18,239 nucleotides of DNA from an uncultured Myxococcales bacterium (GTDB lineage: Bacteria; Myxococcota; Myxococcia; Myxococcales; Vulgatibacteraceae). The notes below the pieces were generated by a model. The model saw nothing but the letters and a program-made list of their open reading frames with translations. It was not told where the DNA came from and ran no database searches. Shown here one piece after another: positions 13,975 to 18,239 of this stretch; the stretch's first letter is position 1; the number at the start of each line of letters is the position of its first letter. The DNA lies in NCBI GenBank assembly GCA_964504805.1, contig CAZDGH010000067.1, positions 1-18,239 of the forward strand, given 5' to 3'. Both the position numbers and the translations under genes were made by a program.

Positions 13975-14079
13975 GGCCACCTCGTCTCGATCCGACTGCG
14001 GCGCCGGCGGGGACCGCCGACGAACGAACGGGAAGCTAGCAGCGACGACCCGAAAAGTCAACCAACCGCTGTCTCGGAT

Positions 14080-14922
14080 TTACGCGCCCTCGCGGTAGGT
14101 GAACACCGCACCGCCCACCTCGAGCAGGTCGCCGTCGCCCAGGGGCGCCTTCTGGACCCGGGCGCCGTTCACCTTCACCCGGCCGAGGAGGCCGAGCTTC
14201 CGCACCGCGTAGCCGCCGTCGCCCCGGCGCTCCAGGGTCGCCGCCTCGTCGGCGCCGACCTCGGGCACGCGGAGCTGGCAGCGGTCCGAGGCGCCCAGCA
14301 CGTTCGCGGCGTGGCGGAGCGCGTGGACCCGCACCGGCGTCACCTGGTGCTGCACCAGGTGCGGCTCGAGCAGCGCGGCCTTCTCCCGCCGCAGCCGCGC
14401 GAGCTCGGCAGGGGCGATGTGGCGGGTGGTGCTCCCGCTCGCGTCCTCCCGCCCGGCGGCCTCGAGCGGCTCGAAGCTCCTCGACAGCGCCTCGTAGTCG
14501 AAGCGCCGCGCCTCGAGCGTGATCAGCTCCGCCTCTCGCTCCTCGCCGCCGGAGGGGCCGTCGTCGAGGACCAGCTCGCCGGTGACCAGCGGCAGCTCCT
14601 CCTCGACGAGCGCGGTGTCCGGGATCGACTCCATGACGCCCTGCCGGTAGCGGACGACGTGGGCGCCGAGCTCGATCCGGTCGCCGTCGGCGAGCGGCCG
14701 CTTGTACTCGCGGCGGCCGTTCACGAAGGTGCCGTTGGTGGTGCCGAGGTCCTCGAGCCACATCGCGCCGTCCTTGCCGTACACGCGGGCGTGCCGGCGC
14801 GAGACGATCGGATCGTCGAGGCGGATGGCGGCGCCCGCCTCGCGGCCGAGCACCATGCACGAGCCGTCCCAGACGACGTCGCGCAGCTTCTTCCCGTCCT
14901 TCACGATCTCGAACGTCGCCAT
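14080..14922 (-). CDS. Protein with two FHA (forkhead-associated, phospho-Thr binding) domains.
   Basis: 280 aa from MATFEIVKDGKKL. ATG at 14922-14920 with a GGGAGGTGG RBS 5 nt upstream. N-terminal FHA: VLGREAGAAIRLDDPIVSRRHARVY...LEDLGTTNGTFVNGRR...GDRIELG. C-terminal FHA: LGASDRCQLRVPEVGADEAATLERRGDGGYAVRKLGLLGRVKVNGARV...GDLLEVGGAVF. It is divergent from the Ser/Thr kinase gene. Confidence 0.8.
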   Translation of the reverse strand: MATFEIVKDGKKLRDVVWDGSCMVLGREAGAAIRLDDPIVSRRHARVYGKDGAMWLEDLGTTNGTFVNGRREYKRPLADGDRIELGAHVVRYRQGVMESIPDTALVEEELPLVTGELVLDDGPSGGEEREAELITLEARRFDYEALSRSFEPLEAAGREDASGSTTRHIAPAELARLRREKAALLEPHLVQHQVTPVRVHALRHAANVLGASDRCQLRVPEVGADEAATLERRGDGGYAVRKLGLLGRVKVNGARVQKAPLGDGDLLEVGGAVFTYREGA

Positions 14923-15035
14923 GGAGCCACCTCCCGGTGCGTGTGCGGGGCGCGGACACCCGTAGCAGAAGCTCGCGGCTCGACGACATCCCATGCCCCG
15001 GATCGGGCCGCCGCGACCGGGCTAACATCGCGGCC

Positions 15036-18000
15036 GTGCCGACGACCGCCCGCGCCGCGCCGCCGCCGCTCCTCGGGCGGTACCGCGTCCTCGCGCCGCT
15101 CTCCGCGGGGCCGGACGGCGCCGCCTACCAGGCGCGCGACGAGCGGGACCGGAGCCCGGTCGAGGTGCGGAGGCTGTCCGCGGCCGCGGCGGCGTCGCTC
15201 CGCGCGCGACTCCCGCTGCTCGCGCGCGCGGGGCACCCGGGCGTGCTGCGCGTGCTCGAGGCCCGGCTCGACGGCGCGGAGCGGATCGTCGTGGTCGAGG
15301 CCGTCGGACGCACGCTCGCGGAGCTCGAAGGGCGCGGCCCGCTCCTCCCGCCGGAGCTGCGGCTCCGCCTGGCACCGCTCGCCGAGGCGCTCGCGGGGGC
15401 GCACCGCCTCGGCCTCGTCCACGGGCGCCTCGACGCGGGGGCGGTGCGGCTGCGCGACGACGGGTCGCCGTGCCTCGACCTCACCGGCCTGGACGTGGGC
15501 CGCCCGGGGCGATCCGGCGCACGGGCGCCCGCGCACGCCGACGAGGGCCCCGCCGGGGACGTGCGCGCGCTCGGCCTGCTGGCGCGGGAGCTCGCCGGGG
15601 AGGGCCTCGCGCAGGACGGCGCGCTGTCCGCCCTCGTCGGCGAGCTGCTGGCGCCGGCGCCCGAGGATCGGCCGCCGGCCGCCGAGGTGGCGCGGCGGCT
15701 CGCCTCGGCCCCCGAGCCGCGGACCCTGGTGGAGCCGCCGGCCGCAGAGGCCGAGTCGGAGGACCCGAGGACGCTCGGCCGCTTCGAGCTGCTCGAGAAG
15801 CTCGGAGAGGGCGCCATGGGCCGCGTCTACCGCGCCCGCGACGTCGCCGACGGCTCCGTGGTCGCGGTGAAGGTGCTCCTGCCCGAGCTCGCGCGCAGCG
15901 CGCAGCACCTGAGGCGCTTCGAGCGCGAGGCGCGGCTGCTCGCGCGGCTCCGCGGCCCGAACGTCGCCGCGCTGCTCGAGGTGAACCGCGATCGCGGCCG
16001 GCACTTCCTAGCCATGGAGTACGTGGAGGGCCCGACGCTCTCGCAGCTCCTCCGGGAGCGGGGCCGCCTCGGCGTCGAGGAGGCGCTGTCTCTCGCCACC
16101 GATCTCGCCCTCGCCGACGTGCACGCGCTCGGGATCGTCCACCGCGACGTGAAGCCGGGGAACGTGCTCGTCTCCGCCCGCGAGGGCTCGGCGAAGCTCG
16201 TGGACTTCGGGGTGGCAAGGCTCGCCGAGCCGGACGGCCCCGAGGCCGACCTCACCCGGGCCGGCGCGCTGGTCGGCTCGCCGCACTTCATGTCGCCGGA
16301 GCAGTGCGCCGGCCTGCCCGCCGACGCGCGCGCCGACGTCTACGCCCTCGGGGTGACGCTCTTCCGGGCGCTCGCCGGCCGGCTGCCGTTCGAGGCCGCA
16401 GACGCGCGCGGCGTCATCGCCCAGCACCTGTCGGCGCCGCCGCCGTCGCTCCGCGCGCTGGCGCCGGAGGTCGGGGACGGCGTCGTCCACCTCGTGGCGC
16501 GCATGCTGGCGAAGGAGCCCGCCGAGCGTCCGGCCGACGGCGCCGCGGTGCTCGACGAGCTGCTCCGGCTCCGCGGCCGCGCGCCCGCCGGCGCCGGGGC
16601 CCACCCCGCCGCGCCCGCCGGCGCGGGTCCGGCGCTCCGCTACGAGTTCGAGTGGGCGCTCGCGGTCCCGCCGGCGCGGCTCTGGCCCTTCGTCGCCGAC
16701 ACCAACCGCGTCAACAAGGCGATCGGCCTCGAGGCGTTCGCGCTGACCTACGACGGACCGCCGGACGCCCGCGTGCAGCGGGCGCGCACGCGGCTCTCCG
16801 GCCTGGACCTCTCCTGGGTCGAGCACCCGTTCGAGTGGGTCGAGGGGCGCCGCTTCGGCGTCGTCCGCGAGTTCTCGGAGGGGCCGTTCACCTGGTTCCG
16901 CAGCGTCGTCGACCTTCGCCCGGATCCAGAGGGCGGCACGAGGCTCGTGCAGGTGATCGAGGCCGAGCCCCGCGGGCTCGTCGGCCGCGCGGCGGCGGCG
17001 CTCGAGATCGGCGTCAAGGCGAAGCGCAACCTGGGGAGGCTCTACGAGCGCGTCGCCGAGCTGGCCGCCGCGGAGCCGGGCCCGGAGACGCGGGTGCTCG
17101 CGTCGCCGTTCGAGGAGCCGCACCGGCTCTCCGCGCCGGCGCGGGCGCGGCTCGACCGCCACGTGGCGGCGCTGCTGGCGCAGGGCGTCGACGCCGACGT
17201 GGTGGAGCGGCTCTCGATCTACGTCGCCTCGGCGCCGGCCGCCGAGGTGGCGCGGCTCCGTCCCCGCGAGCTGGCGCGGCGCTTCCGCGTCGAGGAGGCG
17301 CCCGTGGTCGAGGCCTGCCTCCGCGCCGCGGCCGAGGGGATGCTCGCGCTCCGCTGGGATCTGCTCTGCCCGGTGTGCCGCGTCTCCTCCGGGTTCGTGG
17401 AGACGCTTCGCGCCGTGCGCGAGCACGCCCGGTGCGAGGCTTGCGGCGTCGACTTCCCGCTCGACCTCGGGCGGTCGGTGGAGCTCGCGTTCCGGGTCTC
17501 CCACGAGCTGCGCGAGGCGGACCACGCGACGTACTGCTCCGGCGGCCCTGCGCGGCTCCCGCACGTGGCGCTGCAGGTGCGGCTCGCGGCGGACGAGCGC
17601 CTCGAGGTCGAGCTCGGGCTCGGCCGCGGCACGTACCGGCTCGCGAGCCCGGCGCTGCCGACGGCGGCGCTGGTGCGGGTGGCGGGGCAGGAGGCGCAGC
17701 CGCGGCTCGAGCTCCCGCTCGGTCCGCCCGCCTCGCCGGCGCCGCTCGGGCTCCGGGAGGGCCGGCAGCTCCTCGTCCTCGAGAACCGCGCCGGCCGCGA
17801 GCTCCTGGTGCGGCTCGAGCGCACCGCGGGCCGCGACGACGCGCTCACCGCGGCGGAGGCCGCGAGCTCGCCGCTGTTCCGCGCGCTCTTCCCCGCGGAG
17901 CTGCTCGAGCGCGGGCGGCTCGTGCAGCTCGAGGGCGTGACGCTCCTCGCCGTCGACGCCGCCGACGCGCCGGCGCTCTACCGCGCCCTGGGCGAGCCGG

Positions 18001-18239
18001 CGGCGTTCGCGCGGCTCCACGAGCTGCGGGAGAGGGTCGCGGCCCACGGGGCGTCGCACGGCGGCGCCGCGGTGAAGGCGCTCGGCGACGGCCTCCTCCT
18101 CGCGTTCGGCGACGCGGCCGCGGCGGGCGCCGCCGCGGTGGGGCTCCGCGGGCTCCTCTCGGGCGGCGCCTCCCTCGAGGGCGCCGGCGTCCGCGCCGCG
18201 GCGGTCCGCGGCCCGGCGCTCGTCGCCCCCGGCGACGGC
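15036..18239 (+). CDS. Large multidomain Ser/Thr protein kinase, 3'-partial. Order: N-terminal degenerate pseudokinase-like domain, canonical Hanks kinase domain, SRPBCC-like and CxxC..CxxC zinc-ribbon-like region, class III adenylyl/guanylyl-cyclase-like domain.
   Basis: The frame is open from the GTG at 15036 to the window end, at least 1067 aa. The start is uncertain because the RBS is weak. Pseudokinase region, about 15036-15700: LGRYRVLAPLSAGPDGAAYQA replaces GxGxxG; VEVRRL replaces VAIK; LVHGRLDAGAVRL replaces HRDxKxxN; no DFG. Active kinase, about 15780-16560: LGEGAMGRVYRA, VAVKVL, IVHRDVKPGNVLV, DFGVAR, GSPHFMSPEQ. Then RLWPFVADTNRVNKAIGL (SRPBCC-like), CPVCR (about 17365) and CEACG (about 17440). 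Finally VTLLAVDAADAPALY...HGGAAVKALGDGLLLAFGDAAAA (about 17920-18130), collinear with the cyclase homology-domain core including both metal-binding Asp positions. Confidence 0.85.
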   Translation, partial: MPTTARAAPPPLLGRYRVLAPLSAGPDGAAYQARDERDRSPVEVRRLSAAAAASLRARLPLLARAGHPGVLRVLEARLDGAERIVVVEAVGRTLAELEGRGPLLPPELRLRLAPLAEALAGAHRLGLVHGRLDAGAVRLRDDGSPCLDLTGLDVGRPGRSGARAPAHADEGPAGDVRALGLLARELAGEGLAQDGALSALVGELLAPAPEDRPPAAEVARRLASAPEPRTLVEPPAAEAESEDPRTLGRFELLEKLGEGAMGRVYRARDVADGSVVAVKVLLPELARSAQHLRRFEREARLLARLRGPNVAALLEVNRDRGRHFLAMEYVEGPTLSQLLRERGRLGVEEALSLATDLALADVHALGIVHRDVKPGNVLVSAREGSAKLVDFGVARLAEPDGPEADLTRAGALVGSPHFMSPEQCAGLPADARADVYALGVTLFRALAGRLPFEAADARGVIAQHLSAPPPSLRALAPEVGDGVVHLVARMLAKEPAERPADGAAVLDELLRLRGRAPAGAGAHPAAPAGAGPALRYEFEWALAVPPARLWPFVADTNRVNKAIGLEAFALTYDGPPDARVQRARTRLSGLDLSWVEHPFEWVEGRRFGVVREFSEGPFTWFRSVVDLRPDPEGGTRLVQVIEAEPRGLVGRAAAALEIGVKAKRNLGRLYERVAELAAAEPGPETRVLASPFEEPHRLSAPARARLDRHVAALLAQGVDADVVERLSIYVASAPAAEVARLRPRELARRFRVEEAPVVEACLRAAAEGMLALRWDLLCPVCRVSSGFVETLRAVREHARCEACGVDFPLDLGRSVELAFRVSHELREADHATYCSGGPARLPHVALQVRLAADERLEVELGLGRGTYRLASPALPTAALVRVAGQEAQPRLELPLGPPASPAPLGLREGRQLLVLENRAGRELLVRLERTAGRDDALTAAEAASSPLFRALFPAELLERGRLVQLEGVTLLAVDAADAPALYRALGEPAAFARLHELRERVAAHGASHGGAAVKALGDGLLLAFGDAAAAGAAAVGLRGLLSGGASLEGAGVRAAAVRGPALVAPGDG

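Noticed and set aside
12819-14039. A 406-aa plus-strand ORF and a 355-aa minus-strand ORF (12902..13969) spanning the long spacer.
   Set aside because: The translations are Arg/Pro/Ser/Ala-rich with many T- and A-ending codons (tct, tat, gat, gaa, aat), which is atypical for genes in this genome. They span the noncoding repeat element. I treat the region as noncoding except for the small 13846..13974 candidate.

Overview
The window is about 75% GC and reads as chromosomal DNA of a myxobacterium, most plausibly an Anaeromyxobacter-like member of the Myxococcota. The lipoprotein at 9218..10957 carries 'Myxococcus cysteine-rich repeats', which supports that placement. At this GC content the six-frame track is full of long stop-free shadow ORFs, many of them 5'-fused to real genes. 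I therefore chose starts by RBS (GGAGG-like) spacing, stop/start coupling and family-level homology.

Gene content, left to right:
- a small coiled-coil hypothetical protein, then a 155-bp repeat with terminal inverted repeats
- an SDR of the HSD17B10 / 3-hydroxyacyl-CoA dehydrogenase type (minus strand)
- a YcaQ-family winged-helix DNA glycosylase
- a small secreted Lys-rich protein with 8 cysteines
- a minus-strand cluster: msrB, then tgt translationally coupled to an MnmC2-like tRNA methyltransferase
- a secreted protein whose mature N-terminus is Cys-Ser-Cys, with TIMP-like N-domain spacing
- a NUDIX CoA-pyrophosphatase-like gene (minus)
- trkH/ktrB, then trkA/ktrA, then a translationally coupled lipoprotein made of 5 Myxococcus Cys-rich repeats followed by RCC1 repeats
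- an SPFH/band-7 protein (minus) with an N-terminal triple-repeat domain
- a tRNA gene (minus) with an atypical anticodon arm
- a Kazal-like cysteine-rich lipoprotein, followed by the second copy of the repeat
- about 860 bp of ORF-poor convergent spacer containing a candidate 42-aa ORF
- a dual-FHA protein (minus), divergent from a large Ser/Thr kinase with the order pseudokinase, active kinase, SRPBCC/zinc-ribbon region, class III cyclase-like domain, truncated at the window end

I found no CRISPR array, integrase or transposase. The items most worth a second look are:
- the TIMP-like protein
- the two copies of the inverted-repeat intergenic element
- the atypical tRNA
- the pseudokinase-kinase-cyclase fusion with its divergent FHA partner
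- the ORF-less convergent spacer
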